From positions 51,323 to 115,322 of the forward strand of contig CAYHIS010000003.1 of assembly GCA_964356785.1 (NCBI GenBank): 64,000 bases of DNA, read 5' to 3'. Of this stretch, positions 48,508-57,972 are shown in pieces. A program made the translations under genes and the position numbers. Source of the stretch: an uncultured Rickettsiales bacterium (lineage in GTDB: Bacteria > Pseudomonadota > Alphaproteobacteria > Rickettsiales > CANDYO01). The stretch's first letter is position 1; the number at the start of each line of letters is the position of its first letter. Below the pieces are notes generated by a model. That model saw only the letters and a list, made by a program, of their open reading frames with translations, did not search any database and was not told where the DNA came from.

Positions 48508-48542
48508 TTGACTTTTTTGTTTCATAATGCTATACATGTATA
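48508..48542 (+). promoter_or_regulatory. putative relBE promoter with palindromic operator
   Basis: TTGACT (48508-48513), a 17-nt spacer, then TATACA. The -10 lies inside a perfect 12-bp palindrome TATACATGTATA (48531-48542), 33 nt upstream of the antitoxin ATG. The same TTGACT could instead be the 3' arm of a weak terminator hairpin for the upstream gene. Confidence 0.3.
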
Positions 48543-48574
48543 TCAATTATAGTTAATTAGTAAATAGAGGTTAT

Positions 48575-48781
48575 ATGTTAGCAATAAGATTAACTCAAGA
48601 TATAGAGCAAAGATTACATTTTCTGTCTGAGAAGACAGGCCGTACTAAAACATATTATGCTAGAGAGGCAATAATGAATTATTTGCAAGATATGGAAGAT
48701 TATTATTTGGCTGAAGAAAGATTGACCAATCCTTCAAAAAAATGGTCATTAAAAGAACTGCTAGAGAATAAAGATCTATAG
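48575..48781 (+). CDS. relB: ribbon-helix-helix antitoxin (RelB/CopG-like)
   Basis: 68 aa. 'MLAIRLTQDIEQRLHFLSEKTGRTKTYYAREAI' has the RHH pattern. Its stop directly abuts the toxin ATG. Confidence 0.75.
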   Translation: MLAIRLTQDIEQRLHFLSEKTGRTKTYYAREAIMNYLQDMEDYYLAEERLTNPSKKWSLKELLENKDL

Positions 48782-49045
48782 ATGTGGACCGTTGAGTGGG
48801 ATGATAGGGCTGTTAAGGAATTACGGCGTTTAGATAAAATAGTGCAATTTACTATTTTGAGTTATTTAAAAGATCGTATAGTAACTGACGAAGATCCAAG
48901 AAGGTTTGGTAAGCCTTTGGTTGGTAATAAGAAGGGCTTATGGCGTTATAGAGTTGGTGATTATAGGCTTATTTGTTCAATTGAAGAAAATAGACTAAAT
49001 ATTTTAGTTGTTGCGGTAGGTCATAGAAAATCCATATATTGTTAA
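48782..49045 (+). CDS. relE: RelE/ParE-family toxin
   Basis: 87 aa with 'AVKELRRLDK...KPLVGNKKGLWRYRVGDYRLICSIEENRLNILVVAVGHRKSIY'. Confidence 0.8.
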   Translation: MWTVEWDDRAVKELRRLDKIVQFTILSYLKDRIVTDEDPRRFGKPLVGNKKGLWRYRVGDYRLICSIEENRLNILVVAVGHRKSIYC

Positions 49046-49122
49046 TCTAATAGCTTAATTATTGACTATTCTTAAGTTAAAATGTATCTTCCTTAAAAAA
49101 TAATTTTATATATGGTTACAAA

Positions 49123-49689
49123 ATGAAAATAAATGCAAATTCAATAAGATTAGGTACTGTTCTTGAACATAATAATCGTTTATGGGTTGTTGTAAAGAAT
49201 CCTGAGCATACTCAACCAGGTAAAGGCGGGGCTTATGTACAGATTGAAATGAAAGATATAAAAACAGGAACCAAACTTAATGAAAGATTTAGTTCATCTG
49301 AATCAGTTGAAAAAGTGCGTTTAGATGAGAAAGTCTATCAATTTCTTTATCTTGAAGACAATAATTTAGTATTGATGGATAATGAAACTTTTGATCAAAT
49401 TCAAATTAATAAATCGCTCTTAGGCGACCAACTGCCTTATTTGCAAGATGGTATGAACCTTAGCCTAGAATTATATAATGAAGAAGTAATAACAATTACT
49501 GTTCCAGAAAAAATTACTGCTATGGTTGCGCAAACGGAGCCTGTAGTAAAAGGACAAACAGCCGCTGCATCATTTAAGCCGGCAATATTGGATAATGGCG
49601 TTCGCGTTATGGTTCCTCCTTTTGTAAATATTGATGATAAAATCATAGTTAGAACTACAGATTCAACTTATATTGAGAGAGCGAAATAA
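49123..49689 (+). CDS. efp: elongation factor P
   Basis: 'HTQPGKGGAYVQIEMKDIKTG' and 'ETFDQI', 188 aa. Confidence 0.95.
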   Translation: MKINANSIRLGTVLEHNNRLWVVVKNPEHTQPGKGGAYVQIEMKDIKTGTKLNERFSSSESVEKVRLDEKVYQFLYLEDNNLVLMDNETFDQIQINKSLLGDQLPYLQDGMNLSLELYNEEVITITVPEKITAMVAQTEPVVKGQTAAASFKPAILDNGVRVMVPPFVNIDDKIIVRTTDSTYIERAK

Positions 49690-49691
49690 TA

Positions 49692-50405
49692 GTGAGCACT
49701 AATTTAAACCATCAACTTAAAATGCTATGTGATGTAGTGCATGAAGCATCTTATTTTATGCAACGTGATTTCGGTGAAGTAGTGCAATTACAAAGCTCTA
49801 GAAAAGGGCCGCGAGATTTTACTAATAAATGTTATGACAGAATAAAATACAAGCTTACTAAATCATTTGCTGAAAAGAGACCAGATTATCCTGTGATTAC
49901 TTCTAATGACAAAAAACCTCAGGATGGTGATTTTTTTATTTTAATTGAGCCGATTTCTGGAATAGATAATTTTAGCCATAGTATTCCATTTTGTGCTATT
50001 GCAGGATTCCTTTTTGATAGAAAATTAGATGAACCAATTGCGGCGATAATTCATAATCCAATATTACGTGAAAGCTTTTACGGAGCAAGAGGTTTAGGCG
50101 CCTGGTTTGAAAATTATAACGAAACTATTGTGCCAAAATCCCGTATGAGAGTATCAAATCAAGATGATATAAATAATGCTTATATTGTGGCGGATAATTA
50201 CCTTAATCTAGGGTGCGATTTACTAGAAATTGCCTATCTTGCTGCTGCAAGATTTGATATTCTTGTAAAGAAGGATGGTAATCTAATCAACGAAGCTGCG
50301 CTTTTGCTTATAAAAGAAGCTGGAGGATCAATACATTCTGATGGCGACAATCTTCTTTTGAGTAATGGTATGTTGCACGATTATGCAATAAATAAATTAT
50401 TATAA
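49692..50405 (+). CDS. suhB: inositol-monophosphatase-family protein (SuhB-like) with degenerate active site
   Basis: Family-typical layout with 'LEIAYLAAARFD' and 'LIKEAGG'. The metal motifs read 'IEPISGIDNF' instead of 'DPxDGTxNF', and 'INEAA' instead of 'WDxAA'. GTG start. Confidence 0.7.
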   Translation: MSTNLNHQLKMLCDVVHEASYFMQRDFGEVVQLQSSRKGPRDFTNKCYDRIKYKLTKSFAEKRPDYPVITSNDKKPQDGDFFILIEPISGIDNFSHSIPFCAIAGFLFDRKLDEPIAAIIHNPILRESFYGARGLGAWFENYNETIVPKSRMRVSNQDDINNAYIVADNYLNLGCDLLEIAYLAAARFDILVKKDGNLINEAALLLIKEAGGSIHSDGDNLLLSNGMLHDYAINKLL

Positions 50406-50414
50406 AATACTCTT

Positions 50415-51530
50415 ATGAATAAAAACATTTTAACTACTGGATTTGCTGTATTTGCAATGTTTTTTGGCGCAGGAAATATGGTTTTGCCTTTGCATCTAAT
50501 GCAAACTTGGCATGAACATTGGTTGCCAGCTTTTATAGGTTTTTGTATAACAGCGGTTTTATTTACTTTACTTGGACTTTTAGGTTCAGTTCTAGTGGAT
50601 GGAGATTTAAAGCGTTTTTTTGCTCCTTTAGGTCCATCTCTTGCTATAATTATGCAAGTGATTCTGATTTTAATTGAAGGGCCATTCGGTGTGGTACCAA
50701 GAAGCCTAATAGTTTCATATGGCGGTGTATCAAGTGTCTGGCCAGATTTTAATAAAGAGATATTTTACTTAATTATTTGTGTAACAATGTATTTCTTAGT
50801 TTTGAATAAGACTAGAATTATAAAAATTATTGGTAATTATCTTACACCATTGATGCTAGCTTTCTTAGTTATTATTGTAGCCACAACTTATTACCAATAT
50901 GGTGCGCAAGATGTAAGTTTTGAATTTCAAAATAATCAAGCTTTTATAGATGGTTTGCTTCAAGGCTATTTAACTTACGATTTACCAGGTGCCCTTTATT
51001 TTGTAACTATTGCAATGGTTTATTTGCATAGCATGAGCAAGAAAACATCCGAGGTTATATCTAATGGGTTTAAGGCTAGCTTTATAAGTGCGGCTTTGTT
51101 AATAGTAGTTTATGGGTTTTTTATATTTCTTGGGTTATCTTACAGTAATTTGTTATATAATGTTGCACCTGAATTAATTTTACCAAGTATAGTGAAAAAT
51201 GCTTTAGGGCATAATTTTGCCATTATATTTGCAGCTTTGGTGTTTTTAGCTTGTGTAACCACTGCTATAGCCGCTATCACTGTATGGTCAGATTTTATTA
51301 TCTTATACTTTCCAAAATTTAACTATAAAGCTGTTTTAATTGTTAGTTTAACAATTTCTTATTTTGTTTCTCTTTCAGGGTTTAGCTCTTTAATGAAGCT
51401 TTTAGGGCCGGTTTTGAATGTTACATATCCGATCTTAATATGTTTAACTATATATAATATTTTTATTTACTATAAACCTAAAAAAGTAATATCACAATCT
51501 AGTGAAAGCTTGCTTAAGAGCAAAAACTAA
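50415..51530 (+). CDS. brnQ: branched-chain amino-acid transport carrier (LIVCS family)
   Basis: '[17 protein letters not shown]' N-terminus and a multi-TM body. At 371 aa it is shorter than the ~440 aa I expect. Confidence 0.75.
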   Translation: MNKNILTTGFAVFAMFFGAGNMVLPLHLMQTWHEHWLPAFIGFCITAVLFTLLGLLGSVLVDGDLKRFFAPLGPSLAIIMQVILILIEGPFGVVPRSLIVSYGGVSSVWPDFNKEIFYLIICVTMYFLVLNKTRIIKIIGNYLTPLMLAFLVIIVATTYYQYGAQDVSFEFQNNQAFIDGLLQGYLTYDLPGALYFVTIAMVYLHSMSKKTSEVISNGFKASFISAALLIVVYGFFIFLGLSYSNLLYNVAPELILPSIVKNALGHNFAIIFAALVFLACVTTAIAAITVWSDFIILYFPKFNYKAVLIVSLTISYFVSLSGFSSLMKLLGPVLNVTYPILICLTIYNIFIYYKPKKVISQSSESLLKSKN

Positions 51531-52676
51531 TTCATCCATCATTTTTTCTGTATGAAATGGAGTTGGAGTAACGCGGAGTCTCTCTGTTCCCTTTGGCACC
51601 GTTGGATAATTAATATGTTGGACAAAAATGTTAAAATCCTCTATTAAAATTTCTGAGATTTTCCGACTTTTAACAGGGTCATTTACCATAACTGGCACCA
51701 TGTGACCATCGTTCTCAATGAAGGGGATATTTTCTTTCCTAAGTTTTTCTTTCAACTTTTTTGCATTTTCATGAAGAGATTCTCTCTCGGTGGAGCTGTT
51801 TTTCAAATATCGAACGCTTTCAGTGGCAGCGGCAGCAAGTGATGGCGGGAGCGATGTAGTAAAAATAAATCCAGCAGCATAACTCCTAATAGTATCTACT
51901 ATAAGATTGGATGAAGCAATATATCCGCCGACCACTCCAAAGCCTTTAGCCAAAGTCCCTTCTATTATTGACAATCTATCCATAATACCGAGTTGTTCGC
52001 AGATTCCACCGCCTCTTTTTCCATATAGGCCAACTGCATGAACCTCATCAACATAAGTTAGCGCATTATATTTATCTGCTAGATCACAAATTTCTTTAAT
52101 TGGTGAAATTCTTCCATCCATTGAATAGACGGATTCAAATAAAATTACTTTTGGTATATTTATGTCTACTGAACTGAGTTTTTCCTCTAAATCATTTACA
52201 TCTAAATGTTTATATATAAATTTCTCTACATTGCTTCGTCTTATTCCTTCGATTATTGATGCGTGATTTTCTTGGTCAGAAAACATTATACAATTAGGCA
52301 ATAACTTGGCTAATGTTGATACTGTAGCATCATTAGATACATAGCCTGAAGTAAAAATTAAAGCAGCATCTTTATTATGTAAATCAGCTAATTCTGTTTC
52401 TAATTCAATTATAGAAGGATTAGTGCCACCAATGTTTCTAGTTCCTCCAGATCCAACTCCCATGGTTGAATTAGCATTATTTGCGGCAGCAATAACTTTA
52501 GGATGTTGACTCATTCCTAAATAATCATTAATACACCAGATAGTTATATATTTTTCTCTTTTTTTATCATAGACAATAGGGTGTCTCCCAGTCAATCTTT
52601 CTATATTACTAAAGACTCTGTATCTCCCTTCTTCTTTTAGTTGATTTAATGCGTTGATAAAATATTGGTTGTACAT
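51492..52676 (-). CDS. hemA: 5-aminolevulinate synthase
   Basis: 'YRVF...[13 protein letters not shown]', '[10 protein letters not shown]', 'GTLAKGFG' (PLP lysine) and '[19 protein letters not shown]'. Confidence 0.94.
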   Translation of the reverse strand: MYNQYFINALNQLKEEGRYRVFSNIERLTGRHPIVYDKKREKYITIWCINDYLGMSQHPKVIAAANNANSTMGVGSGGTRNIGGTNPSIIELETELADLHNKDAALIFTSGYVSNDATVSTLAKLLPNCIMFSDQENHASIIEGIRRSNVEKFIYKHLDVNDLEEKLSSVDINIPKVILFESVYSMDGRISPIKEICDLADKYNALTYVDEVHAVGLYGKRGGGICEQLGIMDRLSIIEGTLAKGFGVVGGYIASSNLIVDTIRSYAAGFIFTTSLPPSLAAAATESVRYLKNSSTERESLHENAKKLKEKLRKENIPFIENDGHMVPVMVNDPVKSRKISEILIEDFNIFVQHINYPTVPKGTERLRVTPTPFHTEKMMDELVFALKQAFTRL

Positions 52677-52684
52677 AAATACTA

Positions 52685-53659
52685 TTACTTACCTTTTATT
52701 TTTAATGAAATAACCATGATTGTTAAAACAAGAATAGCCATAGCCTGGTGCATAAGACCAAGAAGTAATGGAACTTGCAAAATTAATGTAAATATCCCAA
52801 GAGCAAATTGAATGGATACAAAGCCACCAAGAATTATAGAGATTTTACTCTTTTCATCTAGCTTAAAGATTTTATATGAATATGCAAGGATATTAATCAA
52901 ATTTATAACACCTAATAAGCGATGCATAAATTGAACATTTATAATATTTTCGAAAAAATTCAAATACCAGGGGTGAAGCTGCATCAAGCCTTGTGGTATT
53001 ATGTGCTCGTCCATTAATGGAAAGCTATTATACACAAGACCAGCCTTCAAGCCAGCAACTAAGCTTCCAGAAATTATCTGTAAGAATAATAAGCTAAAGG
53101 AAAAATAAGCATATTTAGATTTTGTTGGTTTTCCAGGAGTTAAATACCAAACTAGAAGAGTTAAAATTATGCAAGCCATAAATAAGTGTAATGCTAGCCT
53201 GTATTGGCTTACGTTCGGATTATCTATAAGTCCACTTTTTACCATAAACCATCCTATGAACCCTTGTACTCCTATTAATATTAATACAGAGCTAAGATAC
53301 TTCTGGTCATAAAACTTGAGTTTTTTTCTAATTGAAAAATATAGTAATGGTAAAAGAAATGAGAGGCCTAATAGACGCCCTAAAATTCTATGCCAATATT
53401 CCGTTAGAAAGATTCCTTTAAATTCTTCTAAAGTAATTCCATAATTTATTTTTTTATATTCTGGTGAAGCTTTATATAGTTCAAATTCTTTTTGCCACTG
53501 AAAATTATCAAGAGGAGGAATGATTCCTGTAACTGGTTTCCACTCAGTGATAGATAATCCTGAATGAGTAAGCCTAGTATAACCACCCACAAGGATAATA
53601 GCATATAACAATAATATGCATAGGCTTAACCATATAACTATAGATTTATTCTGAGGCAT
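52685..53659 (-). CDS. ctaA: heme A synthase (CtaA/Cox15)
   Basis: 8-TM protein with '[25 protein letters not shown]', 'EYWHRILGR' and 'FMHRLLG'. Confidence 0.9.
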   Translation of the reverse strand: MPQNKSIVIWLSLCILLLYAIILVGGYTRLTHSGLSITEWKPVTGIIPPLDNFQWQKEFELYKASPEYKKINYGITLEEFKGIFLTEYWHRILGRLLGLSFLLPLLYFSIRKKLKFYDQKYLSSVLILIGVQGFIGWFMVKSGLIDNPNVSQYRLALHLFMACIILTLLVWYLTPGKPTKSKYAYFSFSLLFLQIISGSLVAGLKAGLVYNSFPLMDEHIIPQGLMQLHPWYLNFFENIINVQFMHRLLGVINLINILAYSYKIFKLDEKSKISIILGGFVSIQFALGIFTLILQVPLLLGLMHQAMAILVLTIMVISLKIKGK

Positions 53660-53786
53660 TGGATCTTAAAAATTATAATTCAGTCAAATTTTTTACCTCT
53701 ATATAAGCAATATTACAAGATAAATATCATTTTTAGACTCCGTTATTAAATTATTTAGGTGCGCTTCATGAAAATTTTTGAATTAA

Positions 53787-54080
53787 CCCTTTATTAATGC
53801 TGAAAATCTTCTAGAGCCAGAGATAGAGAGGGTACTTGAAGAAAGAAGAAAAAGAGATGAGGAAATAGAAGGTAATCTAACTGTAGATACAACAAAGAAG
53901 AAGTATCCAGTTATAAACAATCCTAATCCAGATACTAGAAGTAACAAACAGAAAAGACAGGAAAAGAAAAGACATAGCGCAACAACAAACAATACCAAAA
54001 TCTCATCGTGTGTTGTAACGGCTCCCAGTGGTATTTGCAATCCTACTCAACAACTATCAAAAACAGTAATAAAAAGATAG
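53787..54080 (+). pseudogene. start-less 97-codon open frame (probable gene remnant, K/E/R-rich)
   Basis: The frame stays open for 97 sense codons in ~30 % GC DNA but has no in-frame ATG, GTG or TTG. The 85-aa antisense ORF in the track looks like its mirror image. Confidence 0.3.
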
Positions 54081-54348
54081 TCATAGTAAGAATGTGCAGA
54101 AGGCATTAGTGTACTTTCTAAATTACAAACTAATGCCTAATGTAATAATCTTCTCCAAGCTGGAAATAATATCCATAAGGCCCTTTTTTTAACCAAACAT
54201 CTTCATTGTTAAACTTGCCAATTATTTTATTACTATCTTGCAGATCTAGACTAGACACTGTTTATTAGGGCTTGTAAATAATTCGCTAATATGTTATCAT
54301 GCAACTTGATCAAAAGCTGCCTTAATTAACATTACAGGAGTTGTTATT

Positions 54349-55221
54349 ATGTCAAATTTTCTACCTGCGTTAAGTGATAGTAATACTGGTATTTTAAGCT
54401 ATATAAATGCTGTAAATAAAATTCCATCATTAGAGTATGATGAAGAATACTCATTAGCAAAGAGATTACTTGATGAACAAGATGTTTTTGCGGCTAAAAA
54501 ACTAGTTGAAAGCCATCTTAAATTGGTAGTAAAAATTGCTTTAAGTTTCCGTAACTATGGCCTTCCGGTGGTTGAATTGATTTCCGAAGGAAATCTTGGG
54601 CTTATGCAAGCTGTAAAGAAATTCAATCCAGAAAAAGGTTTTAGACTTTCTACTTATGCAATGTGGTGGATTAGAGCCTCTATTCAAGAATTTATCCTAA
54701 AATCATGGTCGTTAGTTAAAATCGGAACTACTGCTGCTCAGAAAAAATTATTTTTTAACTTAGGAAAGTTAAAAAGAAGAATTTTTAGCGCTGAAGGTAG
54801 AGATATTAATTCTGATGATTATAAATTTATTGCAAATGAATTAAATGTGTCTGAAGAAGATGTTGCTGAAATGAATGTCAGATTAAAGCAAGACCGTTAT
54901 TTAGACGAACCACTCGGCGGTGAAGATAATGATGGTGGATATTTAATTGATATAATTCCTGAGACAAGAGTAAATCAAGAAAATCTAATAGCTAATTCTC
55001 AAGAGGCTAGAAAAAGAAAATCTATGTTATATAATTCTCTAAAACAGTTAAATGAAAGAGAGCAATATATTATAGAAGCTCGTAAATTAAGAGAATCCCC
55101 TCTAACTCTTGAAGACTTAAGTGTTCACTTTAATGTATCAAAAGAAAGAATCAGACAAATTGAAGAAAAGGCCCTTGAGAAACTTACTAGTCTGGTAAAA
55201 TTACAAGCGGTAGAAGTGTGA
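54349..55221 (+). CDS. rpoH: RNA polymerase sigma-32 (heat-shock sigma factor)
   Basis: 'LVESHLKLVVKIA', 'EGNLGLMQAVKKFNPEKGFRLSTYAMWWIRASI' and RpoH box 'QKKLFFNLGKLKRR'. AGGAG Shine-Dalgarno. Confidence 0.93.
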   Translation: MSNFLPALSDSNTGILSYINAVNKIPSLEYDEEYSLAKRLLDEQDVFAAKKLVESHLKLVVKIALSFRNYGLPVVELISEGNLGLMQAVKKFNPEKGFRLSTYAMWWIRASIQEFILKSWSLVKIGTTAAQKKLFFNLGKLKRRIFSAEGRDINSDDYKFIANELNVSEEDVAEMNVRLKQDRYLDEPLGGEDNDGGYLIDIIPETRVNQENLIANSQEARKRKSMLYNSLKQLNEREQYIIEARKLRESPLTLEDLSVHFNVSKERIRQIEEKALEKLTSLVKLQAVEV

Positions 55222-55320
55222 CCGTTTTGCAATGCTTAATTCTTAATGCGCTAAAAAATTATGAGAGCACTTCTGATCTCTTTACATAAAGTCATTTATT
55301 TTCTATAAATTTCGTACGTT

Positions 55321-55406
55321 GCCTCTGTGGCGGAATGGTAGACGCGGCAGACTCAAAATCTGTTGTTCTTTGGAACATGCCAGTTCGAGTCTGGCCAGGG
55401 GTACCA
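55321..55406 (+). tRNA. tRNA-Leu (anticodon CAA), CCA encoded
   Basis: Acceptor 'gcctctg/caggggt', anticodon stem-loop 'gcaga-ctCAAaa-tctgt', a long variable arm, T-loop 'gttcgagtc', and terminal 'acca'. Confidence 0.9.
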
Positions 55407-55421
55407 TAATAAAAATAAAAA

Positions 55422-55498
55422 GCACCCGTAGCTCAACTGGATAGAGTACATGACTACGGATCATGAGGTTTGGGGTTCGAATCCCTACGGGTGCGCCA
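55422..55498 (+). tRNA. tRNA-Arg (anticodon ACG), CCA encoded
   Basis: Acceptor 'gcacccg/cgggtgc', D-loop 'agctcaactggatagagt', anticodon stem-loop 'catga-ctACGga-tcatg', T-loop 'ggttcgaatcc', and terminal 'gcca'. Confidence 0.92.
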
Positions 55499-55518
55499 TC
55501 AAATTCAAAATTAAATAG

Positions 55519-56229
55519 TCACATACTAACTTCAAGAATTTTATGTAGGACTTGTCCATTTTGCTTTAACCACATAACTGATTGCTTGTAATTAGGACAA
55601 ATGCTTTCGACTATTCTCCAAAAACGCCTACTATGGTTCATCTCTTTTATATGGCATAATTCATGGATGACTACATATTCAAATACTGATTTCGGGGCAA
55701 AAATTAACCGCCAAGAGAATGATAAATTACCACTTGTAGAACAGCTACCCCATCTGGTTTTAGTATCTTTTATTGAAATACTCTTGTAACTGACATTAAT
55801 TTCTTTGGCATATAGAGACACGGCTTTCTCTAGCTCTTGTTTAAATATTTTCTTAAGCTTAGAAATGAGTAATGAGTTAATATTCAAATCTTTCATTGAA
55901 CTTGAGATTATAATCTTATTATTTTCAATGATTATTGAATCTCTAATATTTTTATCATTTTGGATGATATCATATTCATCGCCAAAAATAGGAATTATAT
56001 TATGATTGATTTGCTCTTCTTTTTTAAGTCTATATTTTAAGAGCTTATTTCTTATCCATAATTCTTTAGAAATAATAAAATCATATGCTAGTTTATGACT
56101 TATACCATTTGGTATAACTAAAAAAACATTGCCTGATGAAATTCTGATGCTGATATTTTTAGATTTTACGCTTTGTTTAACTTGAATAGTTATAGCGTCA
56201 AAGTCATTTCCAAGTATTATTTCTTTCAT
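55519..56229 (-). CDS. YgjP-like (DUF45/M48-type) zinc metallohydrolase
   Basis: 'TRWGSCS' and 'HELCHIKEMNHSRRFW' motifs. Confidence 0.8.
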   Translation of the reverse strand: MKEIILGNDFDAITIQVKQSVKSKNISIRISSGNVFLVIPNGISHKLAYDFIISKELWIRNKLLKYRLKKEEQINHNIIPIFGDEYDIIQNDKNIRDSIIIENNKIIISSSMKDLNINSLLISKLKKIFKQELEKAVSLYAKEINVSYKSISIKDTKTRWGSCSTSGNLSFSWRLIFAPKSVFEYVVIHELCHIKEMNHSRRFWRIVESICPNYKQSVMWLKQNGQVLHKILEVSM

Positions 56230-56230
56230 A

Positions 56231-56260
56231 AAACAAAAAGGGACGTAAAATTTACGCCCC
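56231..56260 (-). terminator. rho-independent terminator downstream of the 56289-56933 OMP gene
   Basis: On the minus strand: GGGGCGTAAATTTTACGTCCC hairpin followed by TTTTTGTTT. Confidence 0.6.
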
Positions 56261-56288
56261 TCCTTTATATTAAAAATCCTAATTAATA

Positions 56289-56933
56289 TTAGAATTTATA
56301 TGCAATACCTACTAAGAACTCATTAGCTCTTATTTTTACAGTATCAAATCCTGTTAAGTTAGTGTTCAGAACTTTTGCTTTACCAAGATCTTCATATTGA
56401 TAACGAACATCAAGATCGAAATCTCCATTTATAGCATATTGCGTTCCAAGACCAGCTCTGTACGCAAAGCCTGTTTTTGAAGACGAACCTGAAGCTTTCG
56501 TAACAGTACTTCCACTTGTTTTTGTTGCTGTATAAGAACCAACTTTATTTTTAGCAACACCAGCGCCAAGAACTATATATGGTTTAAAACCACTAAAGTC
56601 ACCAGCATGAATATAAGCATTTGCTAATATAGATGCAGTAGTCATTTTTGCATTAGGCATAGAAACTCCAGTAGGAAGATTCTTATATTTTACTGAAAAT
56701 TTTGGCATGTAAGAAAAGCTTAATCCAGCACGGAAATATTCATTAACATTTACACCGGCCTCAATACCTGGGAAATAGCTAGTACCAGCTGATTTGATAT
56801 TTGCGTTACCTGATGTTGTGCTAAGAGCTGTACCAATATTTAATTGAGCAAAACCCATTTTACCTTCATCTGCAGATGCTGCAAATGCTGATGTAGCTAC
56901 TAATACAGCTAAGGCTAATTTTTTTATTGTCAT
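56289..56933 (-). CDS. small outer-membrane beta-barrel protein (OMP_b-brl/OmpA-N-like), tandem paralogue A
   Basis: Signal peptide 'MTIKKLALAVLVATSAFAASA', alternating beta-strand pattern, and C-terminal 'LVGIAYKF'. Confidence 0.8.
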   Translation of the reverse strand: MTIKKLALAVLVATSAFAASADEGKMGFAQLNIGTALSTTSGNANIKSAGTSYFPGIEAGVNVNEYFRAGLSFSYMPKFSVKYKNLPTGVSMPNAKMTTASILANAYIHAGDFSGFKPYIVLGAGVAKNKVGSYTATKTSGSTVTKASGSSSKTGFAYRAGLGTQYAINGDFDLDVRYQYEDLGKAKVLNTNLTGFDTVKIRANEFLVGIAYKF

Positions 56934-57154
56934 TTTATCCTCCTAAAGACTAAATAATAAAGCAATTAATTAATTACCATATACAACCCTGTAAAACATT
57001 ATTTAGAAAAAATCAATAGATTAATTGAGCGAACCCGATTAAAAGTTTAATAAAATAATCTTTCGTGATAATTATGCAATTTGAAGAGTAGAGAGAAATA
57101 AAAAGAAGGATCTAGTTTACAGAAGCACCTAAATCCTCCGGTTTTAGATTAAAA

Positions 57155-57784
57155 CTAAAAATTATATGCAACACCTAACAAGAACTCATTGGCTTTTAAT
57201 TTGCCATTATATGTAGTATTTTTGAACGAAGCAGTTTCAAATTTACCCATATCTTCATATTGGTAACGCACATCAATGTTGAACTCTTCATTTATAACAT
57301 ATTGTGTTCCAAGACCAGCTCTATATGCAAAGTTAGTTTTTGAAGAACCAGCAAATGAACCTGTAGTTGTTCCAGTATATGAAGTGTTCTTAGTTTTATT
57401 TTTAGCAACACCAGCTCCAACTACCATATATGGTTTGAACTTATTAAACTCACCCACATCTATATACATATTTGCTAATACAGAATAAGAAATCATTTTT
57501 GCGTTATTGAATACATATCCAGCAGGAACAGTATTATATTTTACTGAAAATTTTGGTTTATATGTAAAGCTAAGACCAGCACGGAAAAATTCATTTACTC
57601 TTGTACCAACTTCAAGACCAGGAAAATAACTAGTACCAGCTGATTTAACATTTCCGCCTGTTGATGCACTCATTGCTGTGCCCATATTTAACTCTGCAAA
57701 GTTCACTTTTTCATCATCATCTGCGAAAGCAGAAAATGCTGATGTAGCAACTAATGCTGCTAAAGCTAATTTTTTTATTGTCAT
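57155..57784 (-). CDS. small outer-membrane beta-barrel protein, tandem paralogue B
   Basis: Signal peptide 'MTIKKLALAALVATSAFSAFA' and C-terminal 'LLGVAYNF'. Conserved strand blocks are shared with paralogue A. Confidence 0.8.
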   Translation of the reverse strand: MTIKKLALAALVATSAFSAFADDDEKVNFAELNMGTAMSASTGGNVKSAGTSYFPGLEVGTRVNEFFRAGLSFTYKPKFSVKYNTVPAGYVFNNAKMISYSVLANMYIDVGEFNKFKPYMVVGAGVAKNKTKNTSYTGTTTGSFAGSSKTNFAYRAGLGTQYVINEEFNIDVRYQYEDMGKFETASFKNTTYNGKLKANEFLLGVAYNF

Positions 57785-57825
57785 TTTATACTCCTTATAA
57801 ATAAAAACAATTGATTAATATGATA

Positions 57826-57866
57826 CAAATCCTAAACGTTCAATTATAGGTGAGGATTGGTATAAA
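57826..57866. repeat. solo copy of the MITE-like terminal repeat seen at 25697-25862
   Basis: 'caaatcctaaacgttcaattataggtgaggattggtataa' matches the reverse complement of the left end at 25697-25736 over 40 of 41 bases. It also matches the right end at 25831-25862 exactly over its 32 bp. Confidence 0.75.
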
Positions 57867-57972
57867 TCACTATACGGATAGTAAAACATATAATTATTAG
57901 GAATCAATAATATAATAAAATCAACTAAAAGTAGAGCCAATAAAATTAATATATTGTGATAATTGAACAACT

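Noticed and set aside
51492-51530. 39-bp convergent overlap of brnQ and hemA, and short brnQ (371 aa), as a possible frameshift or pseudogene
   Set aside because: Both reading frames are intact with sensible termini. A shortened carrier is plausible in a reduced genome, and I cannot detect a disrupted frame by eye.
53783-54040. 85-aa minus-strand ORF from the track (L/F/S/C-rich)
   Set aside because: Its composition is what the antisense of a K/E/R-rich plus-strand frame would give. It has no RBS and no recognisable motif. I treat the plus-strand start-less frame as the more likely (decayed) coding signal.
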